A stretch of DNA of 64,000 bases from Ferruginibacter sp. (GTDB lineage Bacteria; Bacteroidota; Bacteroidia; Chitinophagales; Chitinophagaceae). The stretch spans positions 4,542 to 68,541 of the forward strand of contig JANMMS010000092.1 in NCBI GenBank assembly GCA_031373525.1, given 5' to 3'. Position numbers and translations under genes: made by a program. This document shows, piece by piece, positions 48,086 through 57,389 of this stretch. The notes under the pieces are model-generated. The model was given only the letters and a program-made list of their open reading frames with translations, had not been told where the DNA came from and ran no database searches. Every line of letters begins with the position of its first letter. Position 1 is the stretch's first letter.

Positions 48086-48997
48086 TTAAGTTCTTAATTT
48101 AATTAAGTTTTCCATCCTTTTTATTACTTCGCTAATTGGTTTTATTCCATCAATCAAACCAATTTTTAATGCATCTTTTGCATAGTACATTTTTCCGGTG
48201 AATGGTTCATTACCATTTACTTTAAGACGCTGACCACGAAAGAAAGACACCTGATCAATAAAATCTTTTACTAAAAATTTGAGGTCAGCTTGCATCAAAG
48301 TATAATTTCCTTTCACGGCCTCTTTATAATCTTTGTTCTTATCAATACTTTGTGGAGCATAGATATTATGGACCTTAATTCCATTTTGTTCAAAGAAACC
48401 GGCAAAGTCATAAATAGTACAGTATGCTCCTATACTTCCCACCTGATCAGTTACCCGAGTACAATATATTTCCTGGGCAGCACAACCGATCCACATCGCT
48501 CCACTTGCTGCAATTCCATCCTGTATTACTGTAATTACAGGTTTGATTTTACTCACCTGGCGAATTGTTTCAGCGAGCATACCAGTACCATCAGACTGGC
48601 TGCCCGGAGAATCAATATTTAATAAAATACCTTTTACCTGGTCACTGTTTGAAAGTCGAATGATTAAATCATTAAATTCAACACTACCGTAGCTGCAGAA
48701 ATCACCATATTTTAAAATTGGGCCCAGAAGATCAATCACTGCAATACTGTTATTTGGAACCCTTTCTATAGCAGTAGTTGGATTTACACTGTAGATATTA
48801 TTTTTCGATCCATTAATGTATTTTTTGGAAGGTGATAGAATTTGATCTGTTCGTAATTCCTTTTCTTTAATGGATGTTTGATCCGCTGTTGATGTTCCTT
48901 TGATCATTCCTTTCAAAAGAGGTAATAAATTCCGGGCATAACTAGGCTCTATTAACCAATCCCCTCTAAGTATTGCAGATGCAGTTTTAAAGCTCAT
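48086..48997 (-). CDS. S49-family serine peptidase (SppA / phage prohead-protease-like, ClpP fold)
   Basis: GILLNIDSPGSQSDGTGMLAETIRQVSKIKPVITVIQDGIAASGAMWIGCAAQEIY...VGSIGAY is the typical S49 core. Confidence 0.75.
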   Translation of the reverse strand: MSFKTASAILRGDWLIEPSYARNLLPLLKGMIKGTSTADQTSIKEKELRTDQILSPSKKYINGSKNNIYSVNPTTAIERVPNNSIAVIDLLGPILKYGDFCSYGSVEFNDLIIRLSNSDQVKGILLNIDSPGSQSDGTGMLAETIRQVSKIKPVITVIQDGIAASGAMWIGCAAQEIYCTRVTDQVGSIGAYCTIYDFAGFFEQNGIKVHNIYAPQSIDKNKDYKEAVKGNYTLMQADLKFLVKDFIDQVSFFRGQRLKVNGNEPFTGKMYYAKDALKIGLIDGIKPISEVIKRMENLIKLRT

Positions 48998-49623
48998 AAT
49001 TTTTTTTTTAGTTATGCGAAGTTTAAAGCTTTTAATCAGTAAGAAAAGGACAGCATATCTGTAATTCTATTATTCAGAGCTGCAGTGTTGCCCTGATCAC
49101 CGGCTATTGCCCTGATCAGTGTGATATCTGCATCAGTTGTGTAGGCAGATCCATCCATGCCAGGCACGGGAGCAATGGGGTATGTGGTAGGCTACCGGCA
49201 TAGAGGCGCTCAGCTGCCATAGTGAGCTATGCCTAGCAAACCCTTACTAGTAGTGAAGTGTATCGAATGTGTGATTACATATACCCCCAAAAAACACCTT
49301 TGGCGTGCGCTCTCAGCCGATAGTGTGGGCGGCAGTTTTTGTGTGTATTTTTACGATTTTTAAAAAATTGAAAAAATAAAGTGTTGATTATCAAAGGAAA
49401 TTCACAAAACAGGTTTAAAACGCCAAATTATAGCCAGTTCTGTATTAAACTTTAATTGAAATTAGTAGTACCTTGCCAGTGCGACACACAAATAAAGTTT
49501 CTTATTAATTCATTATTTATCATATCATTCCCGGCGAAAGATTGAAAGTATCTTCCTTCATTTGCTTTATAGCGGTGTGTGTCGCAGCGACCGGGGATTT
49601 ATTTAATTAATAAAAAAACAAAC

Positions 49624-49977
49624 ATGCGACACACACACAAACCAATTCTAAGCAGTGTAATTAATTCAAAAAACATACAACCACCTGCAATTCTATTTCC
49701 TGAAAATGATGAAAAAAAAGAGGCTTTATTATGGAAAATTATTCATGATAAAGATGAAGAAATAAAAGCCTGGATAGAGTTAGTGAATTATCATAAATAC
49801 AGAATTAAAAATTGTTTATTAAAACAATCAAAAGAAGAAAAGAAAAAGGAATGCGATCTTTTAAGAAGCATTATGGATATCAATCTACAAATAAGCAAGT
49901 CTAATGAAGATCTTATTGACTATCTCCAATCAAAAGTTAGATTTCGGGAAGGTAAATTTTTAACAGTCGTTAAATAA
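49624..49977 (+). CDS. Hypothetical protein (last gene before attR)
   Basis: ORF from the ATG at 49624 (the track GTG is at 49579). The start codon is embedded in a TGCGACACACA repeat. Lys/Glu-rich. Confidence 0.4.
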   Translation: MRHTHKPILSSVINSKNIQPPAILFPENDEKKEALLWKIIHDKDEEIKAWIELVNYHKYRIKNCLLKQSKEEKKKECDLLRSIMDINLQISKSNEDLIDYLQSKVRFREGKFLTVVK

Positions 49978-50053
49978 ATAGTATTCTAAAAAGCTTTTCC
50001 GGATTACCCAAATTATTTTGTGTTGAAATTGTGACGGAATTGATAAAAATAAA

Positions 50054-50082
50054 TAAGGGCTTCATTTAATGAAACCCTTATT
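50054..50082 (-). terminator. Element-borne hairpin next to the reconstituted tRNA-Val 3' end
   Basis: ataagggcttcat-tta-atgaaacccttat: a 13-position stem with one mismatch. A T-rich run follows on the minus strand. Confidence 0.5.
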
Positions 50083-50091
50083 ATCATTGAG

Positions 50092-50134
50092 TGGGAGTTG
50101 ACGGGGTCGAACCGCCGACCCTCTGCTTGTAAGG
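50092..50134 (-). repeat. attR: 43-bp direct repeat inside the intact tRNA-Val
   Basis: Identical to 34588-34630. Confidence 0.9.
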
Positions 50135-50167
50135 CAGATGCTCTAAACCAACTGAGCTAAACTCCCT
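50093..50167 (-). tRNA. tRNA-Val (anticodon TAC)
   Basis: The reverse complement GGGAGTTTAGCTCAGTTGGTTTAGAGCATCTGCCTTACAAGCAGAGGGTCGGCGGTTCGACCCCGTCAACTCCCA folds as a cloverleaf. Acceptor stem GGGAGTT/AACTCCC, anticodon loop CTTACAA, T-loop TTCGACC. Confidence 0.9.
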
Positions 50168-50413
50168 TTTGTTTTTCGGACGGCAAAGATAAGTGTAAAT
50201 TCATTTCAATAAAAAAAATGTGTTCTTTTTTATTTAATTAGGCATAAAAAATCACTTTTTGGGTATTGAAAATTCAATTAATACTGATTATTTCATAAAT
50301 GTAATTCTGTACAATTAATAACAAAAGGTATAAAAATGTTAGTAAAACATTTTTTTAATTGTAATAAATGAAATTAATTTGTAACTTAAGACTTCTTAAC
50401 CAAAATCAATTTT

Positions 50414-50872
50414 ATGAGTTTGCTTCATCAAAAATCATGGTCCGGGAAAAATATACCTCATTGGGTTGTAACTGTAAGGATTGTACTTGGCATATGCCTT
50501 ATTTATAAGGGATATGATTTTCTGCAACATAAAGATCAACTCGACACTTTTTTTGCTGAAACCAAAATGATCAAGAACTTTATTTGGATGATCAAACTTC
50601 TACCCTGGATACATATTATTGGTGGAATAATGATATTGATTGGTTTGTTAACAAGGTTTATGTGTCTCATTCAAATACCAATTGTTTTGGGAGCTGTGGT
50701 ATTTGTTAATGTGCGTGATTCTGTTGAAGGTGCTAAGGGGGGAGAATCAGAATTACCATTTTCATTTCTTATATTGGTATTGGTGATCGTATTTTTGATT
50801 GAAGGCGGTGGGTATATGTCACTGGATAATTTTATTCGTAAGCCAATAAAGCCGGATGAACCAGCTCCATAA
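50414..50872 (+). CDS. DoxX-family membrane protein
   Basis: 152 aa with four TM helices (VRIVLGICLIYKGYDFL, IIGGIMILIGLLTRF..., IVLGAVVFV). Confidence 0.65.
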   Translation: MSLLHQKSWSGKNIPHWVVTVRIVLGICLIYKGYDFLQHKDQLDTFFAETKMIKNFIWMIKLLPWIHIIGGIMILIGLLTRFMCLIQIPIVLGAVVFVNVRDSVEGAKGGESELPFSFLILVLVIVFLIEGGGYMSLDNFIRKPIKPDEPAP

Positions 50873-51168
50873 AATAATCTGCTTTTTTGGAAAGGTTATA
50901 TTTTAATTATAAAAAATCATTTATCTGCTAAATAAGTATATAAATGATTTTTTCTTTTACCAGTCATCTTTATACAATTCCTATCTTGCAACATCATTAA
51001 TGGATCATTTTTGTCGTAGGCAATGTCAGATTTTATCACTTTCACTAAAAAATAGTTGAAGCCTATTCATTCATAGAAGATAAATGCAATATATCGGAGT
51101 AATTGTGCGTTATGTTATATAAACTGTACAATTTTTAATTCTGTTGCATTTTATATAAATATTCTTCT

Positions 51169-52254
51169 ATGAAAAAATTATACGAATTGGTTTTAACATG
51201 CTTTATTATATTTTTTTCAGGCTTTTTATTTTGTTTTCCAATATCAACGAAAGCCCAGGAATTTATGCGTGCCAACCTGTATATCGTGGATGCCAATACT
51301 ATTACCCTGATGGACGGGAATCGAACCGATTATAATAATAATTACAGTAATGCAGTTGACATAAATGATGCGTGGAAAATGACAAATCCGGGAGTGAACT
51401 TTGGTATCCTGCGTGATGGATATAATTTAGTTGTAGAAAGGAGAAGCATTATAGTTAATACTGATACTACATTTTTTAAGATGTGGAATTTAATTCCCAA
51501 TCATTACCGGTTAAAATTGATCCTGAATAAGCTGGGTCATCCCGGGTTACAATGCATATTGAGGGATAATTATCTTCTTTCAGATACTCGGATCAGCCTT
51601 GATGATACTACAAATTATGATTTTACCATAGATGCAAATATTTCATCGGCTAACCAGTTGCGTTTCCAGCTGATCTATGGACCATCCATCCCGGTAAACG
51701 AAAATGTAATATTCACTGCAATGGAAGCAAAAAGGACAGATGCCGGTATTCTTGTTGACTGGAGTGTTACAAATGAGGTTTCTGTTGCATCATATACAGT
51801 TGAAACATCTTTGGATGGGTTCTTTTTTAGTAATATCGAAAATGTAATTCCCGGAATTGGTTCTGCTTCGAAATCATACCAATTTAATGATACAAGGGCT
51901 GCTGAATGTGAAAATTATTACAGGATCAAGGTTATTAAACTAAATGGAAGTATTCAATATAGTATCATTGCTAAAGTACCCCCTTTGGTTAAAGGCTCAA
52001 GAATATTTGTTTATCCTAACCCTGTTGTTAATAAAACAATACAATTACATTTTAATAATTACAGGGCAGGAATGTATCAGATAATATTGATAAACAGTAG
52101 TTCTGTAAAACAGCAACTGACATCTAAATATATTATTTCCGGAGAAAGTATTCATACTTTAGACCTGCCAAACGGACTTGTACCCGGCATATATCAATTG
52201 ATCATATCTGATCAAAATAAAAATGTAAAAACTATAACAATCAGTGTGTTATAA
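51169..52254 (+). CDS. T9SS-secreted protein (short paralogue of the two downstream giants)
   Basis: Signal peptide plus the C-terminal sorting domain VYPNPVVNKTIQLHF...ITISVL. It shares the ...YSNAVDINDAWK...RDGYNLVVERR... module with the downstream genes. Confidence 0.8.
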   Translation: MKKLYELVLTCFIIFFSGFLFCFPISTKAQEFMRANLYIVDANTITLMDGNRTDYNNNYSNAVDINDAWKMTNPGVNFGILRDGYNLVVERRSIIVNTDTTFFKMWNLIPNHYRLKLILNKLGHPGLQCILRDNYLLSDTRISLDDTTNYDFTIDANISSANQLRFQLIYGPSIPVNENVIFTAMEAKRTDAGILVDWSVTNEVSVASYTVETSLDGFFFSNIENVIPGIGSASKSYQFNDTRAAECENYYRIKVIKLNGSIQYSIIAKVPPLVKGSRIFVYPNPVVNKTIQLHFNNYRAGMYQIILINSSSVKQQLTSKYIISGESIHTLDLPNGLVPGIYQLIISDQNKNVKTITISVL

Positions 52255-52619
52255 ATCATAACTATTATTTAAAAAGAGCAAATAAATTCTTTTTTTAATC
52301 AAAATTTAAAGCTAACCTCAACATTCTTATATATTTCTTTCTTTTAAACTTGCATTTTTGAAATACTTTATATTTCTTTGTATTCCTTAGTAATATTACT
52401 ATCGAATCTTTCTCTATATCTTATAGAATTCCCCCAATTATTGGTCCATCTTCATGTAAAGCTGACTTTTTATTAAGCCCTAAACTTTTTATTAAAGTCT
52501 GATATGCTTTTATTTAGCCTGTTTAATTAAAATTAATTAATAATAGGCCACATCAAATCTTCCTTGCGCTTGCTTTAAATTTTCTTTTAAACAGCATTGC
52601 CCATTATAAAATTGAAGAT

Positions 52620-55600
52620 ATGAGATCACATTTAATTTCCCTTATTGCTTTTTTCTGTTTACAATCTGCTATTACTTTTTCACAGTCAACAGTTAATTAT
52701 AGTTTTTCAAACGACAATACCTCCTCATTGACTGATATGTCATCTGGCGCTACGAATATACTTTTGCCTAATTCAACAACCGGAGACTTTTCCTCATCTG
52801 TAAATAATATAGGATTTGATTTTTGGTTGATGGGAGTACGTTATGCAAACTTCTCTGTCAATTCAAATGGTTTGATGCGCCTCGGAAAGTCAGTTGTAAG
52901 CAATACAGGAAACAATTCATTAGCAACAGGTACAAATTTGCCTTTACTGACCGCTTTCTGGGATAACCTGAATTCATATAGTGTTTCAAGTACCAGCAGA
53001 GTAAGAAACAAAGTTTCCGGTGCTGCACCAAACAGGATATTAACAGTAGAATGGAAAGATTTTATTATAAGCAATAATTCTTCCAGTAGTACCCAATTAT
53101 CAACTTTTCAAATAAGGCTGTATGAAACATCTGGCATTTTTGAATACGTTTATGGAAGAATGCAAATAGCAACCGGTTCTTCTACTGTAACTGCATCTAT
53201 TGGTATGACCAATTCAAATGCAAACAATGGATTGATTTATCTTAATTCAATTTCAGCTCCTTCAGTGCTAAGAACAACTGCAGGAGTAGTTAACAATTTA
53301 GTCAATTCGGCGGTAACAGGTAATATTGCTAATCTGAATTCTGTGGCAGACGGCACAAGGATAAAATATACATTTACTTCAGTAACTCCAAATGCTGCCC
53401 CCACAGGTTTAAACTTTACAGCAGTAGGTACCAGTTCAATGACCTTAAACTGGACATGTGCCGCAACAAACGAATTGGGATTTGCTATTTATCGTTCTGA
53501 TGATGGCGGCCTGACTTATAATTTTGTTTCACAGGCTGCAGCAAATGCAACCGCTTCAGTACAGGATGCCTTATCTCCATCAACCACTTATTTTTGGAAA
53601 GTTTATGCAGTTACTGAAGGAGCTTTGAGTAGTTCAGTGAATGGCAGCCAGGCTACCATTGCATGTATCGGGGCGCCTGTTACAAACATATTGGCTCTCA
53701 ATACAGGCGGGAATATTAATTGGAGTACAGCCGCAGCATGGTCGCTTGGGCATTCACCCACAGCTTGTGAAGATGCTTTGATCACTTTCACGAGGAATAG
53801 TGCTGCAACAAGGACAGTTACTTTGGATATTCCGGCAACTGTAAATAGTTTAACGATAAATGGCGTTTATACCAGTGGGGGAACAAAAATTTTGCAACTT
53901 CTTACGGGCAGTTCTGATTTAACTGTTTTAGGAGATCTGAATATTTCTTCTACTGGTGGAACAGGTACTAGTAGTGAAGTGGATTTGTTGGCAAGTAACG
54001 GATCAGTTATTACTGTAAATGGTAATACAACGATCGGCCAACTGAGTGATACGAGGATTAGTTATTTTGGTGGTGTGACTGGACAAAATCCTGATTTTCA
54101 TTTTAAAGGAAATGTTACTTATAATTCTAATGCCGGTAATAGTTGGCCGGGATCTTATTATTTTGATGGAGGAATAACGCAAACACTTACTTGTAACGCC
54201 AATGTTTATGCTGTTACATTCGGCAACGCAGAAATTGGTTCTATAACTCCAACTACATTAACATTGGCTGGAGCAATGTCATATAATATTTATACAAATT
54301 TTGGAAACTTATCTGTTAATCCAGCTTCAACTTTAGTGATTCCATATAATGCAACATTTAACCAATACACTGCAGGAAATGGCTCATTGGTATTAAAGGC
54401 AAATTCCACTTTAAAACTGGGTGATTATTTTGGTGGACAAGCCGGAAGTAATTTTCCTTTAAATTTTGGAAACATATCGATCGATCCTGCTAGTACAGTT
54501 GAATATTATTATACAGGTTCGTCAAGCCCCGTGATCTATACTGCTGTATCTTATGGCAACCTGGTCCTCACAAATGTTTCTAGAAAATACATCAACACTG
54601 ATCTTTTCATTCAGGGGAATTTTACAGTCAATACCGGATCAACTTTTGGATGTAATTACGGAGCCTATTTATATGGTTCTACCATGATAAATAATGGAAT
54701 TATAAAAGGTGATAGTACCAATAGTCGTTTTGGATTTTATGGAACCACAGCTCAGACCTATAGTGGTACCGGAGCTTTTGGAACAGCGGTTGTGCCCTTT
54801 GGTACTGCAGGGATTGATATATTTAATCCTGCGAATGTTACACTAAATGCAGCAATCTATCCTTATCGTTTAAATCTATTCAATGGAAGTTTTATAAACA
54901 GTAACCAGTTAAATATAGGAACTGCTTCCTTTGGGCTTATTCAACGTGGAGGGGCTTCGGGGTATTTAGCCGGATCATTGGATGTATATCCTGTTATTAA
55001 CTGTCCCAATAATTTGATCCTGAGGTATGATGATGCATCTGCAAACATAACTACCGGTTATGAAATACCGGTATCAACTAACACAAATACTTTTTACAGT
55101 AATAATATCAATGGCGTTAATTTAACTAGTGACTTAACCGTTTCAAATGACCTGGAACTTTTGCAAAATACATTTCATTTAGGTGCCAATACCTTAAAGA
55201 TTGGGAATGTTATCACTAAATTCTCCGGAAATATGATTGGTTCAGATGGTACAGTTGAAATGACCGGTTCAACTGCACAAACAATTCCTTCAAATACATT
55301 TGTTTCAAATAATCTAAAAAATCTGGTCATCAGCAACAGCAATACTGTTACCGGAGTTACGCTGGCTGGCAAACTGGATATTTATCGTTCGGTAACATTT
55401 GGTTCTGCCGGCAGAAAATTAACAACCGGTGGGTTCCTTACTTTTAAATCAACAGCTTCTGAAACAGCCTGGCTTGGGCAAATGACTGCTTCGAACATTA
55501 TAGCAGGTGATGCTGGTATTGAACGCTACATACCACTTCATAATAAAGCATGGCAATTGTTGTCAACTCCAATAACAGCCTCTAGTATACAAACACTGAA

Positions 55601-57089
55601 GCAGGCCTGGCAGGAAGGGGCAGCTACTGCAAACGGTAACCCGGTTTTGGGATATGGAACACAACTCACCAGTAACATTGCCGGTGCTGCAACGCAACCC
55701 AATCCTGGTTTTGATGTTTACACATCGACTCCTTCAATTAAAGTGTTTAACGCGGCAACAAATAGTTACAATCGATTGGACAGCACAACCGGTCGTATTT
55801 CCAATCCTAAAGGGTATATGGTTTTTATTAGAGGCGACAGGAGTGTGATCACTACCGGAGCTGGCCCATCAACTACGATCATGCGCACAAAGGGTACGCT
55901 TCATACTCCGGCCAATCCGCCTGTGAACATGAATGTTGCAATCGGTTTTGAATCTATAGGTAACCCTTATGCTTCGGCCATTGACTTCCGGTCATTGACA
56001 ATTTCAGGTGGGGTACAAACTGATTTCTTTTATTTATGGGATCCGAAATTAACAACCATCGGAGTAAATAGTTCATATGGGTTAGGCGGTTTCCAGACCT
56101 TTTCATGGAATGGAAGTTCTTTTGATGTAACACCCGGTGGCGGCAGTTATGCAGGATCAAACAGGTTCATTGAATCCGGGCAGGCATTCTTTGTAAACGC
56201 ACCATTCGCTGCAGGGACAGTTGCATTTTCTGAATCAGCCAAAGTAAATGGAAGTAACAGTGTAAACAGGGTACCTGCGTTTGAGAAGAAACAACTTCGT
56301 ACAAACATGTATGTTGTTTCCGGAACCGGCAGGATCTTGCTGGATGGTAATTTAATTCAGTATGATCAGAATTATTCAAATGCTGTAGATATAAATGATG
56401 GTATTAAACTGAATAATTCAGGAGAGAATCTTGGTATTACACGTGATGGAAAAACACTGGTGGTTGAACGCAGAAAATTAATTGAAAAAACTGATACTGT
56501 TTTCTATAAATTAGGCCAGTTAAAAATAAGGCAATACCAGTTTGAATTTATTCCGGATCAATTGTTTCAACAGGGGATGGCAGCATTTTTAGAAGATAAA
56601 TACATGCAAACATTCACATCTGTAAGTCTTAGAGACACAACCAGGTTCTTGTTTGAAATAACAAATATTCCGGGTTCATATGATGCCGATCGTTTTAGAT
56701 TGGTATTTCGCAAGGTGAAGAAAAAAGAATCGCAGGTAATTGCAGGCTTAAACGACAATACAGATAAAAACAATGATGATAAATCGGATAAGAAAAAGGG
56801 TAAAGTAAAAGAAACAACAGGCAATTCATTTTCCGGAATTAACATTTATCCAAACCCTGTTGTAAATAAAACAATGAATATTCATTTTGTTGATCAGGAG
56901 GCAGGTAATTATAATATTCAGCTTAGTAATAAACTCGGACAATTGGTTTATTCCGGCAATGTTCATTTAAGCAGCAAGCAAATGCTAAAGTCATTGCAAC
57001 TAGAGGAAAATATTGCAACCGGAAACTATCATGTTCAAATACAATACGAAAACGGAACTAAAAAAACGCTGCAGGTTTTTATACAATAA
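52620..57089 (+). CDS. Large T9SS-secreted surface protein (FN3-containing)
   Basis: 1489 aa with a signal peptide and an FN3-like segment (APTGLNFTAVGTSSMTLNWT...YFWKVYAV). The T9SS C-terminal domain is IYPNPVVNKTMNIHF...LQVFIQ. Confidence 0.85.
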   Translation: MRSHLISLIAFFCLQSAITFSQSTVNYSFSNDNTSSLTDMSSGATNILLPNSTTGDFSSSVNNIGFDFWLMGVRYANFSVNSNGLMRLGKSVVSNTGNNSLATGTNLPLLTAFWDNLNSYSVSSTSRVRNKVSGAAPNRILTVEWKDFIISNNSSSSTQLSTFQIRLYETSGIFEYVYGRMQIATGSSTVTASIGMTNSNANNGLIYLNSISAPSVLRTTAGVVNNLVNSAVTGNIANLNSVADGTRIKYTFTSVTPNAAPTGLNFTAVGTSSMTLNWTCAATNELGFAIYRSDDGGLTYNFVSQAAANATASVQDALSPSTTYFWKVYAVTEGALSSSVNGSQATIACIGAPVTNILALNTGGNINWSTAAAWSLGHSPTACEDALITFTRNSAATRTVTLDIPATVNSLTINGVYTSGGTKILQLLTGSSDLTVLGDLNISSTGGTGTSSEVDLLASNGSVITVNGNTTIGQLSDTRISYFGGVTGQNPDFHFKGNVTYNSNAGNSWPGSYYFDGGITQTLTCNANVYAVTFGNAEIGSITPTTLTLAGAMSYNIYTNFGNLSVNPASTLVIPYNATFNQYTAGNGSLVLKANSTLKLGDYFGGQAGSNFPLNFGNISIDPASTVEYYYTGSSSPVIYTAVSYGNLVLTNVSRKYINTDLFIQGNFTVNTGSTFGCNYGAYLYGSTMINNGIIKGDSTNSRFGFYGTTAQTYSGTGAFGTAVVPFGTAGIDIFNPANVTLNAAIYPYRLNLFNGSFINSNQLNIGTASFGLIQRGGASGYLAGSLDVYPVINCPNNLILRYDDASANITTGYEIPVSTNTNTFYSNNINGVNLTSDLTVSNDLELLQNTFHLGANTLKIGNVITKFSGNMIGSDGTVEMTGSTAQTIPSNTFVSNNLKNLVISNSNTVTGVTLAGKLDIYRSVTFGSAGRKLTTGGFLTFKSTASETAWLGQMTASNIIAGDAGIERYIPLHNKAWQLLSTPITASSIQTLKQAWQEGAATANGNPVLGYGTQLTSNIAGAATQPNPGFDVYTSTPSIKVFNAATNSYNRLDSTTGRISNPKGYMVFIRGDRSVITTGAGPSTTIMRTKGTLHTPANPPVNMNVAIGFESIGNPYASAIDFRSLTISGGVQTDFFYLWDPKLTTIGVNSSYGLGGFQTFSWNGSSFDVTPGGGSYAGSNRFIESGQAFFVNAPFAAGTVAFSESAKVNGSNSVNRVPAFEKKQLRTNMYVVSGTGRILLDGNLIQYDQNYSNAVDINDGIKLNNSGENLGITRDGKTLVVERRKLIEKTDTVFYKLGQLKIRQYQFEFIPDQLFQQGMAAFLEDKYMQTFTSVSLRDTTRFLFEITNIPGSYDADRFRLVFRKVKKKESQVIAGLNDNTDKNNDDKSDKKKGKVKETTGNSFSGINIYPNPVVNKTMNIHFVDQEAGNYNIQLSNKLGQLVYSGNVHLSSKQMLKSLQLEENIATGNYHVQIQYENGTKKTLQVFIQ

Positions 57090-57134
57090 ACCTAATAATA
57101 CCCTGACATATACACGAATCAATCCATAAAACGG

Positions 57135-57158
57135 GTGCCTTTGGGCACTCTTTTTTTT
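57135..57158 (+). terminator. Rho-independent terminator
   Basis: gtgcc-tttg-ggcac followed by tcTTTTTTTT, 46 nt after the stop codon. Confidence 0.7.
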
Positions 57159-57389
57159 ACTTAAATAGGCTAAAATATATGGAATGAGATCTCAGCGCAA
57201 AAATCGCTGTATTAACTATGGTATGAGCAATTTCATCTAAATCAATTCAGAGAAAAAATCAGTACATTTACACTTGTAAACCCGCTTGTATCCCGGATGA
57301 ATACAGCAGGTTTTTATGGAAACAGTTTGATCTTTATCCAGGTTGACAGAATTGATTTACATGGTTTCTAATTGTATCTTTTTTGATCA

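Larger units (their letters stand above)
34588..50134. mobile_element. Integrative element (about 15.5 kb) inserted in tRNA-Val(TAC): integrase, Xis-like, primase-helicase, iterons, TMP-like, S49 peptidase
   Basis: Exact 43-bp direct repeats at both ends, starting in the anticodon loop of the tRNA. A tyrosine integrase is next to attL. The interior looks more AT-rich by eye, with phage-like tightly packed ORFs. Confidence 0.85.

Noticed and set aside
49036-49203. Cys-rich open frame (..CPDQCDICISCVGRS..) in the GC-rich island, considered as a possible small peptide or RiPP-like gene.
   Set aside because: There is no ATG/GTG/TTG start codon anywhere in the frame after the upstream stop. The best minus-strand alternatives are only 22-34 codons with no start context.
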